A stretch of DNA of 64,000 nt. It comes from Lytechinus pictus. Its lineage: Eukaryota. The notes beneath the pieces are model-generated. The model was not told the DNA's origin, ran no database searches, and saw only the letters and a program-made list of their open reading frames with translations. Shown here piece after piece: positions 50,601-60,911 of this stretch (within the stretch, counting starts at the first letter, position 1; every line of letters begins with the position of its first letter). The stretch spans positions 43,650,001 to 43,714,000 of the forward strand of contig NC_087245.1 in NCBI RefSeq assembly GCF_037042905.1. Direction: 5' to 3'. A program made the position numbers and the translations under genes.

Positions 50601-53600
50601 TGTTTTGTTCTACTTGAAGGACAGCCTGAAGATCTTGAAGAGCAAGTTCGTAATTCTTCAGAGATTTCCTAGCTGTTCCCCTCCGCAGTAAAGCTGCAAA
50701 ATGATGGAAAAATGCAGGAATCAATAAATACATACTCCATTATATAAAGATTATCGCATGTGCATACAGTAGAATTTGATTAACTAGAGGACCAACTTCT
50801 GCCAGAAATGATCCCATTACATGAAAGTAATATTATAACAATGATTGATTCTATGAGGTAACAAGTGGTGTGCCCTTGATGGTATGGCCTGCATGATGCA
50901 ATTCAAATGAGCAGCAACTACAACAATGACAATCGACACCAAGCAACTGTGACATTTGACACCAAGAAAGTTTACTTAAAATAATCCATTATTTATTGTT
51001 CGAAATAGACATGAAATGAAATACTGTACCCCGAAAATTTGCTTTGCCCAATTGATCGTGGGCCTGGCAGCCGCTGTGCAGCGCCAGATCGATGAGGCTC
51101 TATCCCTTTGATCGTTGAACGCCAAACAGGGCGCCAAAAACTTTATTTTACATAAAGCCTACATTATTCAAAAGGTTGATCAAATTCCTATATTATACTT
51201 ATATTTAAAAATAAATAACCTTAGTCAAAGATTGAAACAAGATTATTGAAATGATTGGAGCTCAATTTTATGGCCCAAATATTGCAAATATTCATTTTGA
51301 CTGATATAATCTCTTGCAATGAAAAATTTATTTAAAAAAAAATTTATAAAAAATATAATAAACCTGTACAATGTTTATCTTAAAAAATTTATCAACCTGA
51401 AATAACAACTCACTTTCACCTACTGATATAAATTGTACTCATAAGATAGGTGGTACTTGATAAATATAAATGCCAAAGCTCAATGTTAAAGTAACATGTA
51501 GCTTTAAGTCATCTTATACATGTAATTAAGGGTAAAAATGTTGATGTTGATACCACAACACAACGCAGTCTGTTTACCTTGAGTGACCTTTGACCTTGAT
51601 TTTGTGATCTGAAATCCAGTTCAAATGATCAGTTTTACTTGATAATCCTACATGTAGCTTCATGAAACATGACCTTATTCCATCAAATGATATGATTACA
51701 TGTGTACAGCTAGCCTATAATCTAGGCGGAAGCTGCAGTTATTGTCTTTGCTGTTATGCTGAACGCAAGAGATACGTCTGATCTGGCGAGACTACGCATT
51801 TGTGGCTGCGAATGCGTAGTCTCGCCAGATCAGACGTATCTCTTGCGTTCAGCATAACAGCAAAGACAATAACTGCAGCCTCCGCCTAGATTATAGGCTA
51901 ATGTACATGTACAGCATGTTTTAAAAAGTAACCCTTGGTTCAGACTAATGCGTTAATGCTGTTGCTGTGGAAAGAGGCAGAAATGAATCATTATAATATC
52001 TCCAACAAAATTTATAAAATATTGATAATACCACCAACCACGCATGAAAAAAAAACCAAAATGACGTGACAAAAGAGAATTCAAAGGAAGAAAAATGAAA
52101 ATGCAATCGATCATTTTAGTGCAAATGGTAATGCAAATTGTGGTAATTCTAAAAAATCAAATTTGACAATTAAAAACACGGTAAACTCACCAACACTTAT
52201 ACATGTATCTGCAACACGATTAACAGACCATCATACCACAAAATAATTGTTATGGAGATCAGTGAAGCCCCAGAGGAGGCTGTTTGCAAAAATCCTCACA
52301 CGCATTGTTTACAAACTGTGTAATCTGTGTCTGTGAACTAGTGTTGTTGAATGCTATTGCACAATCAATATGCCTGGGATTCCCCATGATAAGGGGAATT
52401 CCCAAGTGATAATGGGCCATACCATTGTGTGTTCAAACTTAACTGCTTAACAATGCATGTTTAAATACACATAAAATGTAAACATTATGCCGTTCATGTG
52501 GGAAGTGTGTATGATTTCTATGAGGCAATGAATCAATACCTTGAGACAATACAAAATAAGAGAATATTTTCCAGCTACAATTCAAGTCTGACAGTCTTTT
52601 AGCATGAACAGGTTTACCATAGGCCTGGGTGTGTACGTGTATGTATGAGTGTGTATGGGATCGGGATGCCCATACAATAAAGATGACAACTATTACCAGT
52701 AATCCAAAGAAGTTTACAATCTTAGGAGTTCCAAAAAACTCTCAATAAATTTCATTGGTATCATTCAATCTATTATTCCAAGGAAAGGAAAGATTGATTT
52801 CGGTGGAATGTATTTAGAGTTTGAATTCAAACAGAAGGCTCATTTGAGAAAGAATATTGGTCCATATAGCTGTATGGAACAAAAGTGAAAGAAGTGGCAT
52901 GCTCTAATAACCGCAAAGACTGCAAGACCCCAAAAGATCTCGGCTGTTGACCACATCTTTGCAACAATAATCTGCATGCATGTTGTAGGGGTGGTGTGAA
53001 TATTATTACAGTTAATGGCATATGAAAAAAAAAAAGATGCCCAAAACCAAAACAAGTAGAGCACATCTTGCAGTCTTGCCTGCATTACACAATTCAATAT
53101 CATGACGCGAAATCGTCGTAGAAAACAAACCCCGATTACGAACCATGGAAAATCACATCACCCCGGGCCAGTATCTAAACATGTGTTTCTTGACCTCGAT
53201 GGGTCCGAAAAAACTAAACCACAATTACATACACAGCGCGCCGATTCAAGCAAACTCGCTCGCCATCACAAGCAGTTATTTCTGTTTCTCTTTAATAGTT
53301 CCCTTATTTCGGGGCCGATTTTCTTTGTTCGAAACTGAAAACAGAATAACATTGGATTTCAAAATATAATATGCCTTTGAAAAATGGATTAAATATCAAA
53401 TAAAAAAATTTAATTGCAAAAGGCCTACTACAGGCAGAGCTGCTCTTTTGTAATATCAGCTGTTGTTTACGGTCTACCCTCGGCTTGCCTGATAAGAGGG
53501 ATTATCGGCGATACAGGGTTGAGAGCACTTGGCATACGCAGCGTGACGATTCAATCAAACACTGGGGCCCACCAGCGCATGCAATCATTTTTATTCACTT

Positions 53601-56600
53601 TAACAGTTTTCATTTTTCGGGGCTGATTTTCTTCGTTCGAAATTGAAAACAAATTAACATTGAATTTAAAAATAAAATATGCCTTTGAAAACTTGATTAA
53701 ATGTCAAATATAATAATTTAATTGTGAAAGGCCTACTACAGGCAGAGCTGCTCTTATGTAATATCACAGCTGTTGTGGTCGAACCCTCGTGTACACGGTC
53801 ATGGAATTCAGTACACGTGCACTAACTTGACCGTGCATGTACACGTGTACCCAAAACGGGCCTACTTTACACAAGACTGGTGACACTTTCTTGCGCTAAG
53901 TGATGCATCCTTACGTGATTTAAGACTTAAGAACATGTTTCAGTCATGCGTTAAGTCTTGCATAACTTTATGAACAGCATTATAAAAAACACCCACCTTG
54001 TAAGTAACTTATGAATGAAGAATGGCTTTGTTACCTTTGATGTTGGTAGGCTCTAGCTGAAGCACCTTGGCAGAGTCCTCTATTGCTCCATCAAACTCCC
54101 CAACCTTGATTCCTTTGAACATAGGAAATACCATAGTCATGAACAGAGTTAAAGCGGCAGTAGGTGATAAGTCATTGGGGAAAAGTAGACATATATAAAA
54201 CTTGCCTGGCTTGGGAAAAGAAATCATGCTTTAATATACCTCGGGTGATGGTTCATGTAGGCTCCACTACACTTCATTACTGCTACACTGCGCTACACCA
54301 ACCTGAACCATCAGAGTACATAACTCGCTCTGATACTCCGAGTGACAAAGGTGTCACTTTATGTGGGAAAAATATAAAATTCATGCAACAAAATGATCTT
54401 ACAATTCATTTATAACAACTCATCTTTACATTCCACCATGTTTCACTCCTTTTCCACACTTCTATCAGTCACAAAATTAGTGATTTACAGCCAGTAGCTA
54501 TTTCCTCGCACATATTATTCACTGCCAAACGAAAACATAGCAAACGCAAATCGCGCATGCGCAGGGATCATGGGTCACGGCTCATGAATTTTTATGAGTA
54601 TTCCAATACAATCACGATAGGAAACAAGGCATAAGCGATTTTGTGTCTCGCCCACTTATGAAAATAACCAGAAATATCGTGATTTGCGAGGGCACGCAAC
54701 AGAATTGTATCGAAAGTTCGTTGTGAAATTATTGGGATGGAATAACACTTGTCATAAGAGTCTTGCACGTAAACTTTAATGTTGACCTGAAAATGACCTT
54801 TGACCTTACCATGTGACCTCCGAGTGCAGCCTAACATGCAGGTCCCCAAGTACATCTACCATCCAAGTTTGGTTGAAAAGTGACTTACGGTTGCGGAGTT
54901 AGGTGTCATAAGAGTCTTGCATGTAAACTTTAACATTGACCTGAAAATGACCTTTGACCTTACCATGTGACCTTCGACTGCAGCATAACATGCAGGTCCC
55001 CCAAGTCCATCTACCATCCAAGTTTGGTTGAAAAGTGACTTACGGTTGCGGAGTTAAGTGTCATAAGAGAGTCTTGTATGTAAACTTTAACGTTGACCTG
55101 AAAATGACCTTTGACCTTACCATGTGACCTCCGAAGGTAGCATAACATGCAGGTCCCCCAAGTCCATCTATCATCCAAGTTTGGGTGAAAATTTACTTAT
55201 AGCTGTGGAGTTATGTGTCATAAGGTTTGTGACGGACGGACGACATTTGGATCCCCAAGTCTCACCTTCGCCTCTGGTGGGCGAGCCAAAACGATCTCGA
55301 TCTAAAGGAATACTCATAAATATTCATGACCATGATCGGCAATCCCCGCGCATGCACGAACCATCACCTGAGGTAGCTTTGATAGTGCTATGACTTATCA
55401 CACAATCATTCAAAGTTTGTGCGATGAGATTTCAATCAAGCAGCTTATCATGTAAGCAAACAATTATGAGCCATGCTAGCATACCAGTTTTTCGTGCTCG
55501 GCCAGTACATGTATGTCTGTCATTTGCCTTGGAGAAGAAAGTGAGGGAAATTGGTATAGACCGAGGACCCAGAAGTTAATTTGAAACATTTATGATGCAG
55601 GGTGGTAGTTTTGGGATAGAAATCATGAGACCTGGTGAAATTCTAGGACTTGGGGTTATTGAAAACTTGAAAAGCTACAGAGTAAATGTTGATCCTGAGT
55701 GTGGTTGGATTCTTACTGTATGAATTTTAATTACACTTGTCCGAAGGGCTGACATGATGGACAGATTATGATGGGTAAGTCAATAAGCCTTTTGCAAATT
55801 CCGTAAAACTCAATTTCCCCATAATCTGCGACTTTATCCCTAAAAGAAACTCTACAGACTGAAGTTTGAACCGTTACAAATTCCTTCTTGTTTACATCAC
55901 GTATCGAATCTACACACAGTGTATGAGAGGAAATTCTAGACTTCTTAGAAAGACTTTGTGGATCCCACACCAGCCATGGGACAGAGAAATATAAATTAGC
56001 AGGTGGAGCACCTCTGGAAGTCTTGCCTGCATTACGCGAGTTGATATACCAGCAGTGCTGACCTTAAAAATAGCTATTAAATAATTATTCACACAAGAAA
56101 ACACTCATATGATAATAAAATACTTCGTCTATTTACCCAACATGACCTTTGACCACGATCATGTGACCTCAGAGAGGCTCAGAAATGTGCAAAACAATCA
56201 TTACCCTTATTCCTATGTTTCATGAACTACGTGTGTAGATCCATAAACTTTCTAAGTTATGATGCAAATTCAACAAATACCCCCAACATTGCCAAAGTTC
56301 ATTGACCCTAAATGACCATTGATATTGGTCAATTGACCTGAAACATGCACAAGATATTAAGGGATACGTGGTTACTCTTATGTCCCAAGTTTCCATGAAC
56401 AAAATCTATAAACTTTTAAAGTTATGATGACAATTCCACAAATACCCTCAACATTATCAAAGTTCATTGACCCTAAATGACCTTTGACCTTGATCATGTG
56501 ACCAGAAACTCGCACAGGATGTTCAGGGATACATAATTACTCTTATGTTAAAGTTTCATCTACTAGATCCATGAAGTTTCAAAGTTATGACAATTCCACA

Positions 56601-59255
56601 AATACCCTCAACATGGTCAAAGTTTGTTGACCCTAAAGTGACCTTTGACCTTGGTCGTGTGACCTGAAACTTAGGCAGGATGTTCCGTATTACTTGATTA
56701 CTTTTATGTCCAGGTTTCATGAACTAGGTCCATATACTTTCCAAGTTATGATGATATTTCAAAAACTTAACCTTGGTTAAGATTTCAATGTTGACGACAC
56801 CGCCGCTGCCGCCGTCGGAAAAGCGGTGCCTATAGTCTCGCTCTGCTATGCAGGCGAGACAAAAATGAGAGAAACATTGCTGCTTGTAAGGGAGAGAAGC
56901 TGAAACTCCCCAAAATGGGTATGTGATTAAGGGCTTGTTCAGAAAATTCTCCAATTTTAGTTACTGAAAATTCATATTTTAATGCATTTCAGAACAGCAA
57001 TTTGATTTGACAGGCGTAATTATTTTTTTTTTTCATTAATTTTTTTAATTTTATTATCATTATTATTATTTTTTTTTTTTTGGGGGGGGTGGTTAATCTA
57101 TAAATATTTTGATATTTTGTCTACCATCCCCATCACAGAAGGCACACTTGAGATGGTCGAATGAAACAAAACAAAATTTTCAAATGTTTTCTAAATCAGG
57201 CCATCAAAATACTTGGGAACGCAGCTGCAATGCTCCAAGAAAAAAAAAAGAGGTCACAAAAAAGACATCTATAAAAAAAAAATTGAAAATTCAATCAATT
57301 TTTTCCTCCAGGATTTAAAATACATGTATGCAGGAATCTGTAGATCAGTAGAAAAAAAAAATCATGCTTGCATACTTACTTGCAAGGGACCTGTTGTTGT
57401 AGGCTGGAGCAGAAGGTACTACAGATAAGCTCCTGGTATAGTAAAGAATAGCTTCTTGGTAATCACTGGCACGGAATGCCTGAGGAAACAGCAGCAAACA
57501 CCAAGATTAGATCTCAAGAACATAGGATAGTAACGATATCTAACATATAATCTATTACTAAGATTATAGATGTACTACAACAAAGGAAATAAAAATGCAT
57601 AAAAATAATAGACTTTAAAAAGTTACCGTGAACAATAAGGTTTTTCTAGAATCCGCAATGGGATAAAGTGTGATTTGGGGTCACTAAAAAAAAGGAACTG
57701 GAGAGCAAACAAACTTTGGTTCCTATGTAAGTCATTTCCAGAGAGCTGGTAAAGCCCGAGTAAATCTACAAAGTATTAATATTCAGCATGGCCTTATTAA
57801 AAAAACATTATACAATTCATATTGTATTACTTCTTGGGCACGATTTATCATACTGCATATATAACTTCACATCTCTAATCTTCAAATCTCTAGAGATTGC
57901 ACATATTGTACCTACTTAATAGGCATGATTTATCAAATAACAACCAAACTTATCAAATAACAGTAGCTTGGACCTAGTTTATAAAGACTAATTCCCTTTT
58001 CTCATGGCAGTTTGTTAACCCATTCCACCGGTATCATCCTCATCCTTATACAATGTGTTTTCTGCCTACCCTCATCTAAGGAACACTTGAGTCCTATACT
58101 ATTGATGGGATAAACTAACTTTGCATATTTGTGAGAATAGAAACTTCGCTAAGCCAAACCGCAGGAAAACTTGCCCTTTAGCCCTACCTATAGCACGGCG
58201 GTAAATGAAAATTATGCTTAAGTGTGAAAAGGGAATACAAAATTGTAATCCTATACTCACCTCATTTCCTTTGTCTTTCTCTCGGTTTGCTACTGATTCT
58301 CTTTCTCTGTCTGACATACCTGATAAGAATAATGGCATCAACTATACTTGTATTTTCAGTTCATTAGCCCTGTCCACGACTGATTTCTTTTGGCTTCATG
58401 TTATTCTATCTCTCTCTTTCTCTCCCACATTGAGTATAAAATGCTTCATCATCTATAAATGTAAATTCTTTGAGCTTGTTTACTCAAGTTTATTTAGTTA
58501 CTTCGTTATTCTTATCTTTTATAGTTTATTTATTGCTTGTCTATTTTATATTCATACATTCATTCATCAATTAATTCATACATTGATAAATTGACATATT
58601 CACTGTTTTACTTTCATATGTCATAATGAATACCTATTTCAGTAACCACTACATGTCATCTACACCACATAATTTGGGTTGATAAGCCCCAAAACAAATC
58701 ATTACTGCTTTAAAGCATTCAGTGTGCAACTGCTTTAAAAAGGAATATTTAGATGTCTGCTGAAATCTAAGCTTTTTTCACCAGACCAAAATATATGACT
58801 GCAATGTCTATTTGGGCAAAGGATTTGCTCAAATTTGTATTGAAAAAAGGGGTTTTGACAAAATGAATAAAACATCCCATGCTTGATTTCCTTTGTGCAG
58901 CGCAGCAGCAAAGGCATAAAACGAAAAAAATGACCAACCCAAATATCAAAATTTGGGCTTTTGACAATTTTTCTTTCAGGCCTGAGCTCCGAGCAGGGAT
59001 TATTTGCTTCTAGTAGGCAACACATTAATACTGTGAATTAAAAGTTTGTTGTGTCATACCGCTTGTATCAATGTTAATTCGGGCTTCAGCAGCTGATCGT
59101 GCATTAGAGAGTTTCTCGTAGGCAGCTTTCATGCCTCCATCCTTATCATCTACTCTGGCTTCTTCTTCATCAGCATTGTACTTGTCCCATTGCCTGAAAT
59201 CAGAGCCCTTGATACGCTCCGCCGAAGGTTTCCCCCACTCCTTGGAAGATTCATT
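23882..59255 (-). CDS. SPAG1: Sperm-associated antigen 1 (TPR / RPAP3_C HSP70-HSP90 co-chaperone, dynein arm assembly), 18 exons, 5'-incomplete
   Basis: 18 GT-AG exons with consistent phases total 2826 nt (941 aa plus stop). RIKGSDFRQWDKY motif, three carboxylate-clamp TPR clusters (KDKGNEAF, KDAGNDFF, KAQGNDLV) and a C-terminal RPAP3_C domain (TAYEFMQEW). Three clusters favour SPAG1 over RPAP3, which has two. Confidence 0.93.
24774..24824. repeat. Perfect 24-bp inverted repeat with a 3-nt loop
   Basis: attatcatctgattccctgaaggc-caa-gccttcagggaatcagatgataat. Confidence 0.9.
25992..26159 (-). CDS. SPAG1: SPAG1 exon (RPAP3_C domain)
   Basis: VMSNKLDGDML...LNKLRCVDRFKTIAMFLTKMDKD; tag / gtaaga. 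Confidence 0.93.
27412..27520 (-). CDS. SPAG1: SPAG1 exon (RPAP3_C domain)
   Basis: MTAYEFMQEWTSLKRRKNVEAHAKLLKQVQPNDIPK; cag / gtagga. Confidence 0.93.
27609..27697. repeat. Perfect 41-bp tandem duplication
   Basis: tttggtgacacttgctcctgtgactattgctccaggcttaa x2. Confidence 0.85.
27876..28058 (-). CDS. SPAG1: SPAG1 exon
   Basis: DPVSRKSNIPSSPK...NGLPAQKK; cag / gtaaat; phase 0-0. Confidence 0.82.
28335..29524 (-). mobile_element. HINE-like family A, near full length
   Basis: aacaag end, sub-terminal IR gtctc(a/g)cctgca / tgcagg(t/c)gagac, ~163-bp tandem units, terminal hairpin then A-run. Confidence 0.6.
29835..30340 (-). mobile_element. HINE-like family B
   Basis: ~155-bp units tgacctttgaccttaccatgtgacctccgactgca; ends gacggacagacg...gtctcgcc...gggcgagacaa; homologous to 54623-55291. 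Confidence 0.6.
31327..32050. mobile_element. piggyBac-like non-autonomous element fragment
   Basis: ttaa|ccctatctag start; matching right TIR not found. Confidence 0.35.
31627..31786 (-). mobile_element. 5'-truncated SINE / L2-type 3' end with (TAT)n tail
   Basis: Reverse complement ends gtaaagcgcttaga...aagcgctatataaaa..(tat)n, similar to the tail of the SINE at 21660. Confidence 0.65.
32061..32195 (-). CDS. SPAG1: SPAG1 exon
   Basis: DLRDKQSK...GKRMQIEEVTESSDEEQ; tag / gtaagt. Confidence 0.92.
32544..32657 (-). CDS. SPAG1: SPAG1 exon (TPR cluster 3)
   Basis: TLGSFQESVKDLMDLLKIEPANPSAKKELELVKDAWRK; tag / gtgagt. Confidence 0.93.
33057..33651. mobile_element. Kolobok-like palindromic MITE
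   Basis: ttaa|aggacaagtccac ... gtggacttgacct|ttac; long mirror arms; homologous to 41417-41993. Confidence 0.75.
33938..34027 (-). CDS. SPAG1: SPAG1 exon (TPR cluster 3)
   Basis: PEDAIEDCNEALKRDPKGVKALYRRALARK; cag / gtaaga. Confidence 0.94.
34585..34692 (-). CDS. SPAG1: SPAG1 exon (TPR cluster 3)
   Basis: GAYSQAIGCYTRSIEVDSSQSVSYSNRALCYLKLNL; cag / gtaagg. Confidence 0.94.
35110..35408 (-). CDS. SPAG1: SPAG1 exon (low-complexity linker and start of TPR cluster 3)
   Basis: AAKTNAAQ...EERFQEFKAQGNDLVKK; tag / gtatct. Confidence 0.88.
35849..36555. mobile_element. Kolobok-like palindromic MITE, second family
   Basis: TTAA TSD both sides; TIR aggagaatgaaac / gtttcattctcct; long mirror arms. 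Confidence 0.8.
36111..36225. mobile_element. 115-bp hAT-like MITE
   Basis: Perfect 8-bp TSD ggtgaggt; TIR cagtagcgtaccgtga / tcacggtacgctactg; almost wholly a hairpin. Confidence 0.9.
37691..38055. repeat. Minisatellite, 53-54-bp unit x ~6.8
   Basis: caaggactggaacaacctccaacagcatccagcccattacccctcaagaaccta; units start at 37691, 37745, 37799, 37852, 37905, 37959, 38013. Confidence 0.92.
38824..39300 (-). mobile_element. Decayed DDE transposase remnant (Sola2-like)
   Basis: Frameshifted pieces HDRLEHDKIATYAF, FFSDGAGSQ (39047-39073) and W..V..LKGTLQIH resemble recalled Sola2-type motifs; cgtaacggacatgac subterminal repeats at 35559-37040 and inverted near 40370. Confidence 0.5.
39506..40365. 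mobile_element. pogo/Tc1-like MITE
   Basis: TA TSD; TIR ggggaaggcggggtaagttg / caacttaccccgccttcccc; internal gggcaagttgagcca repeats. Confidence 0.85.
41175..41386 (-). CDS. SPAG1: SPAG1 exon
   Basis: MLPILKDKHGKQWREKLP...TIHP; cag / gtaatc. Confidence 0.9.
41417..41993. mobile_element. Kolobok-like palindromic MITE, opposite orientation to the 33057 copy
   Basis: TTAA both sides; aggtcaagtccac ... gtggacttgtcct. Confidence 0.78.
42952..43032 (-). CDS. SPAG1: SPAG1 exon (TPR cluster 2)
   Basis: KYDYAYVDFKTAMNFDMYNTNAQNGASR; cag / gtatga. Confidence 0.92.
43586..43760 (-). CDS. SPAG1: SPAG1 exon (TPR cluster 2)
   Basis: DKDVHSMGLSTLYSNRASC...DCTSALDLNP...KRAQAYETIE; cag / gtgagt. Confidence 0.94.
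43824..44099. mobile_element. Harbinger-like MITE
   Basis: ~35-bp TIR ctgggccccatcttacaaagagttacgattgatcc / ggatcaatcgtaactctttgtaagacagagcccag. Confidence 0.7.
46287..46465 (+). mobile_element. SINE with 7SL-like head, B box, Deu/Nin-like core and (CA)n tail
   Basis: 12-bp perfect TSD attgtccacatt (46275-46286, 46466-46477); 5' ctgggcgttgtggcgtgcgcctgtaatccaagct resembles the 7SL/Alu 5' domain; ggttcgagccc B box. Confidence 0.8.
46475..46517 (+). ncRNA. Degenerate minimal type I hammerhead ribozyme of the Penelope element
   Basis: Stem I attgc/gcaat, core ctaacga (CUGANGA with G>A), imperfect stem II, gaaac-gtt with palindromic stem III. Confidence 0.6.
47475..48484. mobile_element. Palindromic MITE hosting a nested insertion
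   Basis: TIR actgaagcttttc.aca / tgtcgaaaagcttcagt; arms realign once 47525-48361 is removed. Confidence 0.65.
47525..48361. mobile_element. TAG-ended DNA transposon with 4-bp TSD (Academ-like)
   Basis: 12-bp TIR tagtgctgttat / ataacagcacta; gaac duplicated, confirmed against the host's mirror arm. Confidence 0.6.
48624..49143 (-). CDS. SPAG1: SPAG1 exon (linker and start of TPR cluster 2)
   Basis: DMVNDVV...GRRLVIQEVE...LKDAGNDFFKQGQYTEANDRYSKAIKTLCK; tag / gttagc. Confidence 0.94.
50587..50693 (-). CDS. SPAG1: SPAG1 exon (TPR cluster 1)
   Basis: ALLRRGTARKSLKNYELALQDLQAVLQVEQNNKQAL; cag / gttagt. Confidence 0.93.
51711..51900. repeat. 190-bp near-perfect palindrome
   Basis: 90-bp arms with one mismatch, 10-nt spacer. 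Confidence 0.92.
53290..53790. repeat. Diverged ~200-bp direct repeat x2 (period ~308 bp)
   Basis: ttcggggc.gattttct..gttcgaaa...aaggcctactacaggcagagctgctct at ~53310-53480 and ~53615-53790. Confidence 0.8.
54035..54112 (-). CDS. SPAG1: SPAG1 exon (TPR cluster 1)
   Basis: RIKVGEFDGAIEDSAKVLQLEPTNIK; aag acceptor, gtaaca donor. Confidence 0.88.
54623..55291 (-). mobile_element. HINE-like family B, near full length
   Basis: aacaag end, sub-terminal IR gtctcgcccac / gtgggcgag.c, ~155-bp tandem units. Confidence 0.6.
55998..56865 (-). mobile_element. HINE-like family A
   Basis: Same ends and ~163-bp units as 28335-29524. Confidence 0.6.
57380..57479 (-). CDS. SPAG1: SPAG1 exon (TPR cluster 1)
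   Basis: AFRASDYQEAILYYTRSLSVVPSAPAYNNRSLA; cag / gtaagt. Confidence 0.93.
58261..58319 (-). CDS. SPAG1: SPAG1 exon
   Basis: GMSDRERESVANREKDKGNE; cag / gtgagt. Confidence 0.92.
59060..59255 (-). CDS. SPAG1: SPAG1 exon (first in window)
   Basis: NESSKEWGKPSAERIKGSDFRQWDKYNADEEE...IDTS(G); tag acceptor, gtatga donor. Confidence 0.9.
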
Positions 59256-60911
59256 CTAAGAAGGAAAAATATACTTAATTTATAATCTATTCTATTCCAT
59301 AGCACTTAAGAAAAATATATGATAAAGTTTATGAATAAAATAGAAAAAATAAGAACAAAATGCATCGATATTCATTATAATTAGATAATAATAACATTCT
59401 AAAGGTCAAATTCAGGGGAAAAATTGAGAACCTTTGTTTTTTTTTTGGGGGGGAGGGCAACTTTTGAACTTACCAACCAAAATTTACTCCATGGTATTAC
59501 AATATACATTGGGCTCTACAGAAAATTTCAGAGGCTCTTTTCTTAGTTTTCCAGGACCCTTGGGGAATTTCAGGGGGGAATTCTCCCCGTGCCCCAGTGT
59601 AATTTACTTTTGCCAGTCAAAATACCTGTGTAATGAAAGGAACACAAGAAAGTGGTAAAGGCCTTTATAGACTCTGCAACCGTATCCCTGTTTTTACACA
59701 AACCAGCAGTAACACATGGTTTAAAAGAATGACTCTTTTAAAAAAATGCTTTGCTGATTGCCGTCTAGCATAGATGAAAATTTTGCTCTCACAAAATATG
59801 TGTCAGAAAAGGCTTCAAAGGAAAATAAAATTAAGTGAAACCATTTTTATTCACTATGAGGTCAATATCAATATAGCCGTCTTACTAAAACAGATTAAAG
59901 GTAAATTGTGACATTGGTTTATTTCAAAACCTTCTTTTAGATTTCACTCTTCGCTTTTCAAAATACTCATAAACAAGTTCTGAGTCCATAAAATGTATTG
60001 CATTGGCCAAAAGAACTGTTTTTATTCTCAAAAAAATATATAAAGAAGATAAATTTTGCCAAGTGAGCTTTCTTTTGATGCAGATTTTGAAATTGATATA
60101 AAAAATGAAGAGCGCCACCTTGAGACCAAATGACATCAATACCTGCTCATGAATATTCATATCCATCGCCTCTGCGCTTGTCTCACGTGCCGATCTGTAT
60201 ACCGGCTATACAGTACAGTATCGGATTGAACGGCGGAGTCTGTTTGCGACTTTTTCATTCATATCCTGTAGGAGCGTGTGCATTCGCGCAGTCCCTCGAT
60301 AAATTAAATAACTTGGAAACAACCAAGGAACTTTTTTAAATGACCATCATAATAATTGTGATGTTATGCACGTTGTTTTTCAAATCGCGGAGAATAGGTC
60401 CTACGTACATCTTGATATCTGGGCAGAGTACCAGGTACCGAGAGACGGCTTCCTTCCCTTTCCTTGCTTTTCATCTTTGCTTCGTTTCTCTAGCTGTATT
60501 TTTTTTTCTTTACTTGTCCAGGGTATGAAGGGAGGGAGAATTATGGTTGCTTGTGAAAGGGCTATTCTTATTTTTTCCCCGTTTTTTATTTCTATTTTAT
60601 AATTATATTTACATACGCATTTTTGTTTCGATTCCGATTCACTGAATTGTTATCAATTTCTTCAGGTTCTGTATTTTGATTTGTTCATTATTATAACGTG
60701 TTGTAACATTTTTTTTTAAAGGAAAAGGAAATCATTTTGTATTGAACTAGCTTTGCCGCCATTCTTCATTATTTTGCTTTGTGCGTTATATAGGCCTATA
60801 AGATGCTCTTTCTCTTCCAGTGATCATTTGTCAATATACTGCCTCAATGTATTTATCACTAAAAAATGACAAATACCGCGTGGCCTATGCCTTTTTTTTA
60901 AACAATATATT

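Noticed and set aside
23882..59255. RPAP3 or TOMM34 as the gene identity
   Set aside because: Three TPR clusters plus RPAP3_C fit SPAG1; RPAP3 has two clusters and TOMM34 lacks RPAP3_C
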